Assembly: GCA_023417975.1 (NCBI GenBank) | Contig: JAEZDX010000386.1 | Coordinates: forward strand, 1-22,339 | Source: Bacillota bacterium | GTDB lineage: Bacteria > Bacillota > Clostridia > Clostridiales > Clostridiaceae | DNA length: 22,339 bases | Reading direction: 5' to 3' | Part shown: positions 7,701 to 16,130 of the stretch, one piece after another | Numbering within the stretch: the stretch's first letter is position 1 | Layout: the number at the start of each line of letters is the position of its first letter | Position numbers and translations under genes: made by a program | The notes under the pieces: generated by a model | The model's input: only the letters and a program-made list of their open reading frames with translations | Databases searched by the model: none | Told to the model about the DNA's origin: nothing

Positions 7701-9282
7701 TAACCTGAGCAAACAACTGTTTAAAATATGCGAATAAATTTTGTGGGTGATTAGATAAAACTGCAAGAGGTGTATCATTTCCCATGGAACCTAACGGCTC
7801 TTTTCCCAATTCAGCCATGGGAGCTATGATATTCTTTAAATCTTCAACAGTATAGCCGAAAGCTGCTTGTTTTTCTTTTAAAAACTCTCCCGGCAGACTT
7901 ACATCAACAGCACTATTCTCGTAGTCATCAAGCTTTCTTCTGTTTCTTTCTAATATTTCCTCATAAGGCTTTGCCTTGCATACAATTTCTTTTATTTCAT
8001 CGTCTTCAATTATTCTTCCTTTATCAGTATCTATAAGGAACATTTTGCCCGGCTTTAGCTTGCCTTTTCTTTCAATCTGATCTGCTTTAAAATCAAGCAC
8101 TCCTGCTTCTGAAGCCAAAACTGCAAATCCATCCTTAGTAACAACATATCTTGCAGGTCTTAAACCATTTCTATCAACTGTTGCACCTACCTGTACTCCG
8201 TCACTGAATACTACTGCAGCAGGCCCATCCCAAGGCTCAATTAAAGATCCATGATATTCATAGAAAGCTCTTTTATCGCTATCCATATGGTCATTACCTT
8301 CCCAAGCTTCGGGAATAAGCATCATCATAGCATGTGCCATGCTTCTGCCATCACATTCCAAAAGTTCGAAAGCATTATCCAAGGATTCGGAATCACTGCC
8401 GTTTTGTCTAATAATAGGAAACAGTTTACATAAATCTTCTCCAAGATATTTTGACTTCAAAACGCCTTCTCTGGCATTCATCCAATTTCTATTTCCCCTA
8501 ATAGTATTTATTTCCCCGTTATGAGCTAAATATCTAAAAGGCTGCGCCAATCCCCAAGTTGGAAAAGTGTTTGTACTATATCTTTGATGTACAACTGCAA
8601 CAGCGCTCTTAAAATTTATATCATCCAAATCAACAAAGTAACTGTTTATCTGCTCAGCAACAAATAATCCCTTATATATGATAGTTCTGCTTGATAATGA
8701 GCATACATAAAAATATTCAGAACTTCTTTTAACTAACTTATTTACTTCATTTTCTGCCCTTTTTCTAATAACAAATAAGACCTTTTCAAAGTCTCTCGTA
8801 TTTTCGCAACTGCTTTCAACAAATACCTGTCTTATAGTTGGCTCTGTACCACGCGCTGTTTCTCCTATGACTCTGTTGTCTACAGGCACATCTCTCCAGC
8901 CTAATATCTTCTGCCCCTCATCTTGTACAATTCTTTCTATGATTCCTTCACACTGCATTCTTACAGCAGGTTCTCTCGGAAGAAATACCATACCTACTGC
9001 ATACTTAGAAGGCTTCGGCAAATGAATTCCAAGATTTTCACATTGAATCCTGAAGAATTCGTCAGGTATTTGAACTAAAATTCCGGCACCATCGCCGGTT
9101 TTAGGATCTGAACCGACTGCGCCTCGATGAGTCAAGTTTTGAAGCACCATAAGCGCATTTTTAACTAATCCATGGCTTTTTTCTCCCTTAATATTTGCTA
9201 TGAACCCTACGCCGCAGCTATCCTTCTCCAGTTCTGGGTCGTACAAGCCTTGCGGAGCAGGAACCCCCATTTCAAACTTCAT
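4747..9282 (-). CDS. gltB: Glutamate synthase large subunit (1511 aa)
   Basis: The N-terminus MKFEMGVPAPQGLYDPELEKDSCGVGFIANIKGEKSH is the Ntn glutaminase domain with its catalytic Cys. Central, FMN/Fe-S and C-terminal GXGXG domains are all present in one open frame. An AGGGGGG RBS lies 8 nt upstream of the ATG. Confidence 0.95.
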   Translation of the reverse strand: MKFEMGVPAPQGLYDPELEKDSCGVGFIANIKGEKSHGLVKNALMVLQNLTHRGAVGSDPKTGDGAGILVQIPDEFFRIQCENLGIHLPKPSKYAVGMVFLPREPAVRMQCEGIIERIVQDEGQKILGWRDVPVDNRVIGETARGTEPTIRQVFVESSCENTRDFEKVLFVIRKRAENEVNKLVKRSSEYFYVCSLSSRTIIYKGLFVAEQINSYFVDLDDINFKSAVAVVHQRYSTNTFPTWGLAQPFRYLAHNGEINTIRGNRNWMNAREGVLKSKYLGEDLCKLFPIIRQNGSDSESLDNAFELLECDGRSMAHAMMMLIPEAWEGNDHMDSDKRAFYEYHGSLIEPWDGPAAVVFSDGVQVGATVDRNGLRPARYVVTKDGFAVLASEAGVLDFKADQIERKGKLKPGKMFLIDTDKGRIIEDDEIKEIVCKAKPYEEILERNRRKLDDYENSAVDVSLPGEFLKEKQAAFGYTVEDLKNIIAPMAELGKEPLGSMGNDTPLAVLSNHPQNLFAYFKQLFAQVTNPPIDPIREKLVMSLMNYIGSQENILSDDHKDSPFIEIDRPVVTNEEMAKIMNFRNKDFKSTVIPITFKYDMGIEGFQKALDKICERASKRISEGYNILVLSDKKVDSYDAAMPSLLAVAAVHHHLIREKTRTKVSIIIETGEARETMHLALLVGYGATAVNPYLAYETIEKMIEDKEIENTDVHKALDNYIKALCAGLLKILSKMGICTLQSYHGAQIFEAIGLAKDFVDVYFEGTPSRIGGIGLDVIAEEVLIRHKKAFNNIRRPLKELVSGGQYAWRKDGEFHLFNPMTISRLQIAVRRGDYKTFKEYTSLVNDQSKNLCTLRSLLKFKNDGKSIPIEEVEPVSEIVKRFCTGAMSFGSISKEAHETIAIAMNRLGAKSNSGEGGEDNVRYTRDANGDIRRSAIKQIASARFGVTAEYLVNAIELQIKMAQGAKPGEGGQLAGTKVDKEIARVRHSTPGIDLISPPPHHDIYSIEDLSQLIYDLKNVNPSARISVKLVSEVGVGTVAAGVAKAHADMILISGYDGGTGASPLSSIKHAGIPWELGLAETHQVLVMNNLRSRVRVQTDGQIKTGRDIVIAALLGAEEFGFATTALVVLGCTMLRNCHLNTCDMGIATQDPELRKNFRGKPEYLINFFTFLAQEVREYMAQLGFRTVNEMIGRADKLEANEAVDHWKASKLDLSPILYRPDVPSRIKPYRVIAQDHGLDRSLDYRLIECAKRAIEEGSPITGNFEVKNVHRTIGAMLSGEIAKKYGNSGLPEDTIVFNFKGSAGQSFGAFGAKGLTLILEGEANDYVGKGLSGAKVALKTPSEATYNQHENFIAGNTILYGATSGKLFVNGCVGERFAVRNSGATAVVEGVGDHCCEYMTGGLVVVLGRYGRNFSAGMSGGIAYVFDEKDAFKEYCNTELVDIEGLEADDLEQLHALVQEHYDLTQSKRAQALLEHWDEFSSKFKKVIPRVYKQILKAKKEEETKLQEERGA

Positions 9283-9421
9283 TAAACAGCCCCCCTATAA
9301 AATAATAATATAATTTTATAAATCGTCATTTGAACAAGTAAAAGCTTCCAAACAGTTGCAAAATTCCATTAAGTTCAAAATACAGATTCGTTTAAAAATA
9401 TATAAAAAAGTATTTATCCTA

Positions 9422-9449
9422 ATTATACTCTCTATTTGCATTTTTTCAA
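9422..9449 (-). promoter_or_regulatory. Putative gltBD promoter, TTGAAA-N16-TATAAT on the - strand
   Basis: The reverse complement of 9444-9449 is TTGAAA, and the reverse complement of 9422-9427 is TATAAT, with a 16-nt spacer. This gives a leader of about 130 nt to the gltB ATG. Confidence 0.4.
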
Positions 9450-9620
9450 TATCTTCCTTGCAATTTTAATAAAACTTTTTATTCTTCTTTGCTAAATTAT
9501 TCGTAAAACAGCAATAAAATTGCATTAATTATTTCAGTGAATCCGATTTCATTTTGTGGTTTTTTTAACATATTTAATGGAATCGTTAACAAAGCCCGTC
9601 ATTCCATATCCAATTTTAAT

Positions 9621-9670
9621 GCATATAAAAATTGCAAGAAATGAATTATCAACAATTCATTTCTTGCAAT
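9621..9670 (-). terminator. thrC intrinsic terminator: perfect 17-bp inverted repeat with a 6-nt loop
   Basis: ATTGCAAGAAATGAATT (9631-9647), loop ATCAAC, AATTCATTTCTTGCAAT (9654-9670). On the - strand it is followed by TTTTATATGC, about 40 nt after the thrC stop. Confidence 0.5.
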
Positions 9671-9707
9671 AATAAAATAAATCGATTAAGTTTTAACTCA
9701 CGTATCT

Positions 9708-11198
9708 TTATATTCCTAGAATATCCATTACAGTTTTCTTCATTTCATTCTTGTTACAATAATTATGGTGCAAGATTTCCCTCTTATCAATATCTTTGAC
9801 AGCATTAGGAACGCAAATCCCACTTATATCCGATAATATGTCAATAAGCTGGAACTCATCCATTGATTTGTACTCTTCCTTAAGAGCTCCCATAACTGCA
9901 CTGTTAAATTTATACGGACTAGCAGTTGCAGCTATAATTGTTTTTTCTTCATCACTATTGAATTCCTTCAAATACTGTATATAAGCGCTGTATCCTACAG
10001 CTGTATGAGTATCTATCACATAACTGTATTTCTCAAAAACGGACTTTATTGCACTGAAGGTCTCCTCTTCCGAAGCATAGGCAGCATAAAAATCAGACAT
10101 AGCTTTTTTCATATTTTCATCTATCTCGTAATAACCTTTTTCTTGAAGACTCTTCATATAGGTATTTACCTTTTGCGTACTTCCATCGCTTAATAAATAC
10201 AGCAGTCTTTCAAGATTGCTTGATATCAATATATCCATAGAAGGAGAGGAAGTAAGCTTAAATTCTCTTCTTCTGTCATATATTCCTGTCTTTATAAAAT
10301 CATATAAAACTTTATTTTCATTTGAAGCGCATATAAGCTTATTTATGGGCAATCCCATAAGCTTTGCATATTTTGCTGCAAGTATATTACCAAAGTTACC
10401 GGTAGGAACTACAACATTAATCTTATCTCCAAGTTTTATTTCATTGTTTCTCAACAAAGTCAAATAAGAATAAAAATAATACGCCACCTGAGGCACTAAC
10501 CTTCCTATATTGATAGAATTTGCAGATGAAAACATACAATTCTTTTCTATCTTTTTTCCCTTGATTTCATCATCATTAAAGATAGACTTAACACCACTCT
10601 GGGCATCGTCAAAGTTTCCTTCAATACCAATTACATATGTGTTTGAACCGACATGAGTCTTCATTTGCAGCTTTTGAATTTCGCTTACACCATTCTCAGG
10701 AAAAAATACAATTATTTTTATTCCTTCAACATTGGAAAAACCTTCAAGTGCAGCCTTACCTGTATCTCCAGAGGTGGCAGTCAGTATTATAACCTCTGAA
10801 TCCATATGTTGTTTTTTCAATGATGTTTTTAAAAGATATGGCAAAATGGATAAAGCCATATCCTTAAAGGCAATAGTAGGTCCATGAAATAATTCAAGAA
10901 AATATGCGCCGCCTGTCTTCCTCATTGGTGCAATGTCTTTATGATCAAATTTATCATCATAAGCATTATTTACACAGAATCTTAATTCTTCTTCAGTAAA
11001 ATCCGTAAAAAATTCTTTCATAACTGTAAATGCAACTTCTTTATAATCCAAATCTTTCATTTCTTCCAAATCTACAGTCATTTCTGGAATTCGCTCAGGA
11101 ACGTATAAGCCTCCGTCTCCAGAAATTCCTGCGATTATCGCCTTACTGGCCTCTATGCCTTTTCCTTCCGATCTTGTACTTCTATACAGAATCCCCAT
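9708..11198 (-). CDS. thrC: Threonine synthase (long form)
   Basis: ELFHGPTIAFKDMALSILPYLL matches the PLP-lysine motif of E. coli-type ThrC. The likely start is the ATG at 11198 (MGILYRSTRSEG), with a GGGGAGTGA RBS 5-8 nt upstream. The listed GTG at 11207 is the less likely start. Confidence 0.9.
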   Translation of the reverse strand: MGILYRSTRSEGKGIEASKAIIAGISGDGGLYVPERIPEMTVDLEEMKDLDYKEVAFTVMKEFFTDFTEEELRFCVNNAYDDKFDHKDIAPMRKTGGAYFLELFHGPTIAFKDMALSILPYLLKTSLKKQHMDSEVIILTATSGDTGKAALEGFSNVEGIKIIVFFPENGVSEIQKLQMKTHVGSNTYVIGIEGNFDDAQSGVKSIFNDDEIKGKKIEKNCMFSSANSINIGRLVPQVAYYFYSYLTLLRNNEIKLGDKINVVVPTGNFGNILAAKYAKLMGLPINKLICASNENKVLYDFIKTGIYDRRREFKLTSSPSMDILISSNLERLLYLLSDGSTQKVNTYMKSLQEKGYYEIDENMKKAMSDFYAAYASEEETFSAIKSVFEKYSYVIDTHTAVGYSAYIQYLKEFNSDEEKTIIAATASPYKFNSAVMGALKEEYKSMDEFQLIDILSDISGICVPNAVKDIDKREILHHNYCNKNEMKKTVMDILGI

Positions 11199-11203
11199 TA
11201 AAA

Positions 11204-12412
11204 TCACTCCCCAATAAAATAATCCATTAATTTATAACCCTCTTGAAATTTTAAGCTAGATTTGGCCGAGCCTTCTTCATCAAAAGGATACGCGCTGCGC
11301 TTACTTTTACTGCTGTTATAAATCAAAAATGGGACTGCTTCAGCTGTATGCGTCCTAAGACATAGCGGAGTAGGATGGTCAGGCAGCACCATAACCTTAT
11401 ATTCCACGCCCCATGCCTCCATTTCTTTTCTTACAACTCCTGCAATCTTTTCATCTATGAATTCAATAGACTTAACTTTATTCTCTACTTCATTTCTATG
11501 CCCGCACTCATCGGGAGCCTCAATATGAATATAAACAAAATCATCACCCTTTTTTAATGCTTCCACAGCAGCCATAGCTTTACCGTAATAGTTGGTATGA
11601 ACATTTCCCGTGGCTCCTTCTACATCAACAACCTTCAAGCCTGCGCAAATTCCAAGTCCCTTAATGAGATCCACTGCGGATATTACTGTACCTGTAATAC
11701 CATACTTTTGCGTAAAGCTCGGCAAAAGAGGTTTTTTACCTTCTCCCCATATCCAAATTGAATTAGCCGGTTTTAAACCACGTTTTACTCTGTCAAGATT
11801 TATAGGATGTTTCTCTAAAATTGAAACACTTTTTTTCATCATTTCCAGCAATATCGGACTGTCTTCTCCTTCAGGTAAAAATGCCCCTACTTTTTTACCT
11901 ATTATATCATGAGGCGGAATAAGCTTATAGCCCTGAGGTGCATAATGCCACACTAATAAATGCCTATAACTTATTCCGGCATATAGGTCCATATTTTCAT
12001 TTTCCAATTGCCTTTTTAAATCCTCTATAAGAACCTTTGCCTCTTCTGTAGTTATTTCATCTGCGCTATGGTCCAACATCACTCTGTCTCCATATTCATC
12101 ACCTTCAGATAAAGTTACAACATTACATCTGAAGGTTACATCAGCAGCTTCCAATTCTACCCCCATACTTGCGGCTTCAAAAGGTGAACGCCCACTGTAA
12201 TATATTGACGGGTCATATCCCATTACAGCTAAGTTAGCAGTGTCACTCCCCGGAGGCATGCCTTCAGGGATGGTACTTACAGTACCCACCTCTCCGTTTT
12301 GAGCAAAGAAGTCAAAATTACTTTTTGTGGCATACTGCATAGGCGTTTTATTCTCCAACTCTTTCACCTTGTAATCTGCCATACCGTCTGCAAGGATAAC
12401 AATAAATTTCAA
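11204..12412 (-). CDS. Metalloenzyme-type (archaeal ApgM-like) cofactor-independent phosphoglycerate mutase family protein; candidate non-orthologous homoserine kinase
   Basis: The N-terminal KFIVILADGMAD metal-binding motif and the later DHPTP/His-rich motifs belong to the iPGM/alkaline-phosphatase superfamily. The gene sits tightly between hom and thrC on the same strand, 15 nt after the hom stop and 5 nt before the thrC start. The likely start is TTG at 12412, 6 nt after GGGGGTG. The listed TTG at 12427 is the alternative. The stop is TGA. Confidence 0.75.
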   Translation of the reverse strand: MKFIVILADGMADYKVKELENKTPMQYATKSNFDFFAQNGEVGTVSTIPEGMPPGSDTANLAVMGYDPSIYYSGRSPFEAASMGVELEAADVTFRCNVVTLSEGDEYGDRVMLDHSADEITTEEAKVLIEDLKRQLENENMDLYAGISYRHLLVWHYAPQGYKLIPPHDIIGKKVGAFLPEGEDSPILLEMMKKSVSILEKHPINLDRVKRGLKPANSIWIWGEGKKPLLPSFTQKYGITGTVISAVDLIKGLGICAGLKVVDVEGATGNVHTNYYGKAMAAVEALKKGDDFVYIHIEAPDECGHRNEVENKVKSIEFIDEKIAGVVRKEMEAWGVEYKVMVLPDHPTPLCLRTHTAEAVPFLIYNSSKSKRSAYPFDEEGSAKSSLKFQEGYKLMDYFIGE

Positions 12413-12427
12413 GAAAGGCACCCCCAA

Positions 12428-13714
12428 TTATATATTTTCCACTCGTATTATATTCTCTACATTAACAACTGTAGGTAATTTCTTAATTTCTTTTATAGCA
12501 TTCTTTAAGTTTATTTCAGCAGTTTCGTGGGTAACAAATACAAGAGGTACTACTTCATTGGCCTTGCCCTTTTGTATTACACTTGCAAGACTCACACTAT
12601 TATTTCCGAATATAGCTGCAATCTCTCCAAGTGTACCCGGAGTATCATTGACGGTAAACCTCAAATAGTATTTGCATACTGTTTTATCCATACTCTGCAC
12701 TTTAAGTCTGGAATTCCCGTAATTATTATCTGCAGGTGTCAAGTCATCAATATTATTTCTTAAAACAGATATTATATCTCCAACCACCGCACTTCCGGTT
12801 GGCAGATCTCCTGCCCCTCTGCCGTACAACATAAGATCACCCACTGCATTCCCTTTAATGAATATGGCATTGAAGGCATCATTTACATTTGCTAAGGGAT
12901 GTGTTGCAGGAATCATTGCCGGGTGTACTCTAAGTTCAAGTTCACCGTTATTTTCCTTTCCAATAGCCAGCAGCTTGATAACATAGCCGAATTCCTTGGC
13001 ATATTGTATATCCATGGATTTAATTGCAGTTATTCCTTCTCTGAAAATTGAATCCACATGTACTCTACTGCCAAAAGATAGCGAACTTAATATTGCCAAC
13101 TTATACATTGCATCATAGGCTTCTATATCGGATGTTGGGTCAGCTTCTGCATAACCCTTTTGCTGAGCTTCCTTTAACGCTTCCTCAAATTCCATGCCGT
13201 CTTGTGACATTTTTGTGAGAATATAATTTGTAGTTCCATTTATTATGCCTAATATCTCAACTATTTTATTTGCGGTAAGACTTTCACTTATACCGTGAAT
13301 TATAGGAATCCCACCGGCTACACTGGCTTCATAATATAACATAATGCCTTCGGCTTTAGCTGCCTCTAAAAGTTCATTACCATGTGTTGCAAGCACAAAC
13401 TTGTTTGCCGTTACTACATGCTTCTTCTTCTTTATTGCCCTCATCATATAATCCTTAGCAGGATCCACTCCGCCCATAAGTTCAACAACTATTCTTATAC
13501 TGTCATCGTTGATAATTTCTTCAAAGGAAGTAGTCAATATACTTTCAGGCACTTCCACACCCCTTGCTTTTCCTTTATCTCTTACGAGAATTTTTGCCAC
13601 CTCAATGTCATATCCGGATCTTCTTTTTATTTCCTTCTTATTTGTGTTTAATATTTTCCATACTCCGCTGCCAACATTACCGAGTCCCAACAAAGCAATT
13701 TTTACTTTTTTCAT
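12428..13714 (-). CDS. hom: Homoserine dehydrogenase with C-terminal ACT domain
   Basis: The N-terminus carries the MKKVKIALLGLGNVGSGV NAD(P)-binding motif. There is a catalytic domain and a C-terminal regulatory ACT-like segment. A GAGGAGG RBS lies 8 nt upstream. Confidence 0.9.
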   Translation of the reverse strand: MKKVKIALLGLGNVGSGVWKILNTNKKEIKRRSGYDIEVAKILVRDKGKARGVEVPESILTTSFEEIINDDSIRIVVELMGGVDPAKDYMMRAIKKKKHVVTANKFVLATHGNELLEAAKAEGIMLYYEASVAGGIPIIHGISESLTANKIVEILGIINGTTNYILTKMSQDGMEFEEALKEAQQKGYAEADPTSDIEAYDAMYKLAILSSLSFGSRVHVDSIFREGITAIKSMDIQYAKEFGYVIKLLAIGKENNGELELRVHPAMIPATHPLANVNDAFNAIFIKGNAVGDLMLYGRGAGDLPTGSAVVGDIISVLRNNIDDLTPADNNYGNSRLKVQSMDKTVCKYYLRFTVNDTPGTLGEIAAIFGNNSVSLASVIQKGKANEVVPLVFVTHETAEINLKNAIKEIKKLPTVVNVENIIRVENI

Positions 13715-13843
13715 ATTTTAAGCCTCCTCACAGTTTAACTATGTCCGCGAAAACAATATGTATGTAATTTATGCCTATATTAATACAGTAATAAGCCAAG
13801 TTCATCACTTGACTTATTACATATATAGAACACTATAAAGTTA

Positions 13844-15766
13844 TTAAACTCCTGCTGCTACCATATTCAGCAAGCCGCCCTGCTTTAACATTAATCTTTG
13901 TCTTTCGGTAACTGTCAGAGCCATTTCATATTCTTTATTCCGGGTTACATTTTTTACAATTACCTTTTCTTTTTCAACCTGAGCTTCAATATTCTCTATA
14001 ACTAAAGTATCTCCTTGCTCTATTGTATCGTAATCATTTGCATTTGCAAACACCAGCGGTAGTATTCCGTTATTTATTAAATTATCCCTGTGTATTCTTG
14101 CAAAAGACTTTGCTAGTACTGCCTTTATTCCAAGATAAAGAGGTACAAGTGCAGCATGCTCTCTGCTGGAACCTTGACCGTAGTTAATACCGCCCACAAT
14201 TATTCCTCCGCCGTTTTCCTTTGCTTTCTTTGGAAACTCACTGTCACAAGGCACAAGGCAATATTCTGAAAGATAAGGAATATTTGATCTGAAAGGCAGC
14301 AGCTTTGCATTAGACGGCATTATATGATCCGTTGTAATATTATCTCCTACCTTTGTGAGTACCTTTCCTTTTACTTCAGCGGCTAGAGGCTTAGCCTTTG
14401 GGAACGGCTGTATATTAGGTCCTCTTACAATTTCCACTTCTGCTCCTTCAGCTGACGGGGGGATAATCAAATTATCGTTTATATAAAATCTCTCAGGCAT
14501 TGATATGTCTATCTGTTCTCCAAATTCCCTAGGATCTGTAATATATCCTGTTACAGCCGATGCTGCAGCTACTTCCGGGCTTACAAGATATACATTTGCC
14601 GATAGTGTTCCAGATCTTCCTTCAAAATTTCTATTAAAGGTTCTTAAGGATACACCTTTTGTAACAGGTGCCTGCCCCATACCTATGCACGGCCCGCAAG
14701 CACTTTCAAGAATTCTAGCTCCTGCAGTTACAAGTGCTTCCATAGCTCCGTTCTTTGCCAGCATTGTTAGAACCTGCTTTGATCCGGGAGCAATAACCAG
14801 TGAAACATCTTCGTTCACAGTTTTTCCATCAATTATGGATGCAGCTCTCATCATATCTACATATGAAGAATTTGTACAGCTCCCAATAGCAACCTGATTG
14901 ACTTTTATTCCTTTTAATTCACTTATAGGAACCACATTATCTGGGCTGTGCGGGCATGCAGCAAGCGGTTCCAATTGTGACAAATCAATTTCTACTTCAC
15001 CGTCGTATACAGCATCACTGTCAGGTAAAATTTCTACGAAGTCAGCCTCTCTTCCTTGAGCTTTTAAGAACTCCAGCGTTCTTTCATCACTTGGGAAAAT
15101 CGAAGTAGTTGCTCCTAATTCAGCTCCCATATTTGTAATAGTAGCTCTCTGAGGAACAGCAAGAGTTTTAACTCCTTCTCCGCAGTACTCGAATATTTTT
15201 CCCACTCCGCCTTTTACAGTAAGCTTTTTGAGCAGTTCCAATATTACATCCTTAGCGGACACCCATGGATTGAGTTTTCCCGTAAGTTTTACCTTTATTA
15301 TTTCCGGCATGGTTATATAATACTCTCCGCCTCCCATAGCTACAGCTACATCCAGTCCTCCTGCTCCTATAGCCAACATGCCGATGCCTCCGCCTGTTGG
15401 TGTGTGGCTGTCAGAACCAAGGAGTGTTTCTCCCGGAACTCCAAATCTTTCAAGATGAACTTGATGACATATTCCGTTTCCAGGCTTTGAGAAGTAAATG
15501 CCATACTTCTTTGCCACTGTTTGAATATATAAATGGTCATCTGCATTTTCCGGGCCTGCCTGAAGCATATTATGGTCGATATATGCTACAGATCTTTTTG
15601 TTTTAACTCGTTCAATACCCATAGCCTCAAATTGAAGATAAGCCATAGTTCCTGTAGAATCCTGAGTAAGAGTCTGATCTATCCTTATAGCGACTTCCTT
15701 TCCCTTTAGAATTTGGCCCTTAACGAGATGAGATTGTATCAATTTTTGTGCAACGTTTAACCCCAT
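13844..15766 (-). CDS. Aconitate hydratase (about 640-aa fused large/swivel-domain aconitase family, clostridial type)
   Basis: The SCTNSS and CGPCIGMGQ Fe-S ligand motifs are present, and a C-terminal swivel (LeuD-like) domain is fused. The likely start is the second ATG at 15766, 6 nt after GGGGGT. The listed start is 15772. Confidence 0.85.
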   Translation of the reverse strand: MGLNVAQKLIQSHLVKGQILKGKEVAIRIDQTLTQDSTGTMAYLQFEAMGIERVKTKRSVAYIDHNMLQAGPENADDHLYIQTVAKKYGIYFSKPGNGICHQVHLERFGVPGETLLGSDSHTPTGGGIGMLAIGAGGLDVAVAMGGGEYYITMPEIIKVKLTGKLNPWVSAKDVILELLKKLTVKGGVGKIFEYCGEGVKTLAVPQRATITNMGAELGATTSIFPSDERTLEFLKAQGREADFVEILPDSDAVYDGEVEIDLSQLEPLAACPHSPDNVVPISELKGIKVNQVAIGSCTNSSYVDMMRAASIIDGKTVNEDVSLVIAPGSKQVLTMLAKNGAMEALVTAGARILESACGPCIGMGQAPVTKGVSLRTFNRNFEGRSGTLSANVYLVSPEVAAASAVTGYITDPREFGEQIDISMPERFYINDNLIIPPSAEGAEVEIVRGPNIQPFPKAKPLAAEVKGKVLTKVGDNITTDHIMPSNAKLLPFRSNIPYLSEYCLVPCDSEFPKKAKENGGGIIVGGINYGQGSSREHAALVPLYLGIKAVLAKSFARIHRDNLINNGILPLVFANANDYDTIEQGDTLVIENIEAQVEKEKVIVKNVTRNKEYEMALTVTERQRLMLKQGGLLNMVAAGV

Positions 15767-15933
15767 TGTCATACCCCCAAATATAGAATAAAAATATAAA
15801 AACTATACCGAATATATTCAACGCTTACTTTAAGCATAATTATGCATTTTAATGTATAATTAGTACATTCGTTATATTTTCTTTTTATCATTTATAATGT
15901 GAATTTTATCATATTTTTTCAATCATATCAATG

Positions 15934-15948
15934 AATTTTAGCAAAATT
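15934..15948. promoter_or_regulatory. CodY-box-like sequence upstream of aconitase
   Basis: AATTTTAGCAAAATT matches the AATTTTCWGAAAATT consensus at 12 of 15 positions. Both arms are conserved and the centre differs. It lies about 170 bp upstream of the aconitase start. Confidence 0.2.
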
Positions 15949-16069
15949 GCAGCTTTGTTAAGGTTTTCTTTCAAATTATATATTTATCAATATATGACTT
16001 CTATTCAAATTGGTATCCTATTATACATCAGAGTACAACCTTCAAACTCCACTTAAGTACAAAATTATA

Positions 16070-16110
16070 AAAAGAACACCGGAAGTAAATTACTCCGATG
16101 TTTTTTTATT
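16070..16110. terminator. Bidirectional intrinsic terminator downstream of argC
   Basis: GAACACCGGAAGTAA / TTACTCCGATGTTT forms an imperfect hairpin (one bulge, one mismatch). AAAAAG flanks it on the left and TTTTTTT on the right. Confidence 0.45.
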
Positions 16111-16130
16111 AATACACCTTATTTATAACG

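Noticed and set aside
5371-8524. Multiple 60-108 aa + strand ORFs antisense to gltB (for example 5371..5646, 6422..6748, 6928..7251)
   Set aside because: They lie entirely within the 1511-aa gltB coding region on the opposite strand. They are low-complexity with no RBS or recognisable domain, and are chance ORFs in AT-rich antisense sequence.
13788-13815. Hairpin ATAAGCCAAGT / ACTTGACTTAT downstream of aconitase as a terminator
   Set aside because: It has one C-A mismatch, a low GC stem and no clear U-tract on the - strand. It is too weak to call, so hom may be partly read through from aconitase.
15812-15830. cre-like (CcpA) site TTCAACGCTTAC upstream of aconitase
   Set aside because: It has one mismatch at the conserved G of TGNAANCG, and the half-site symmetry is weak. 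I cannot distinguish it from chance.
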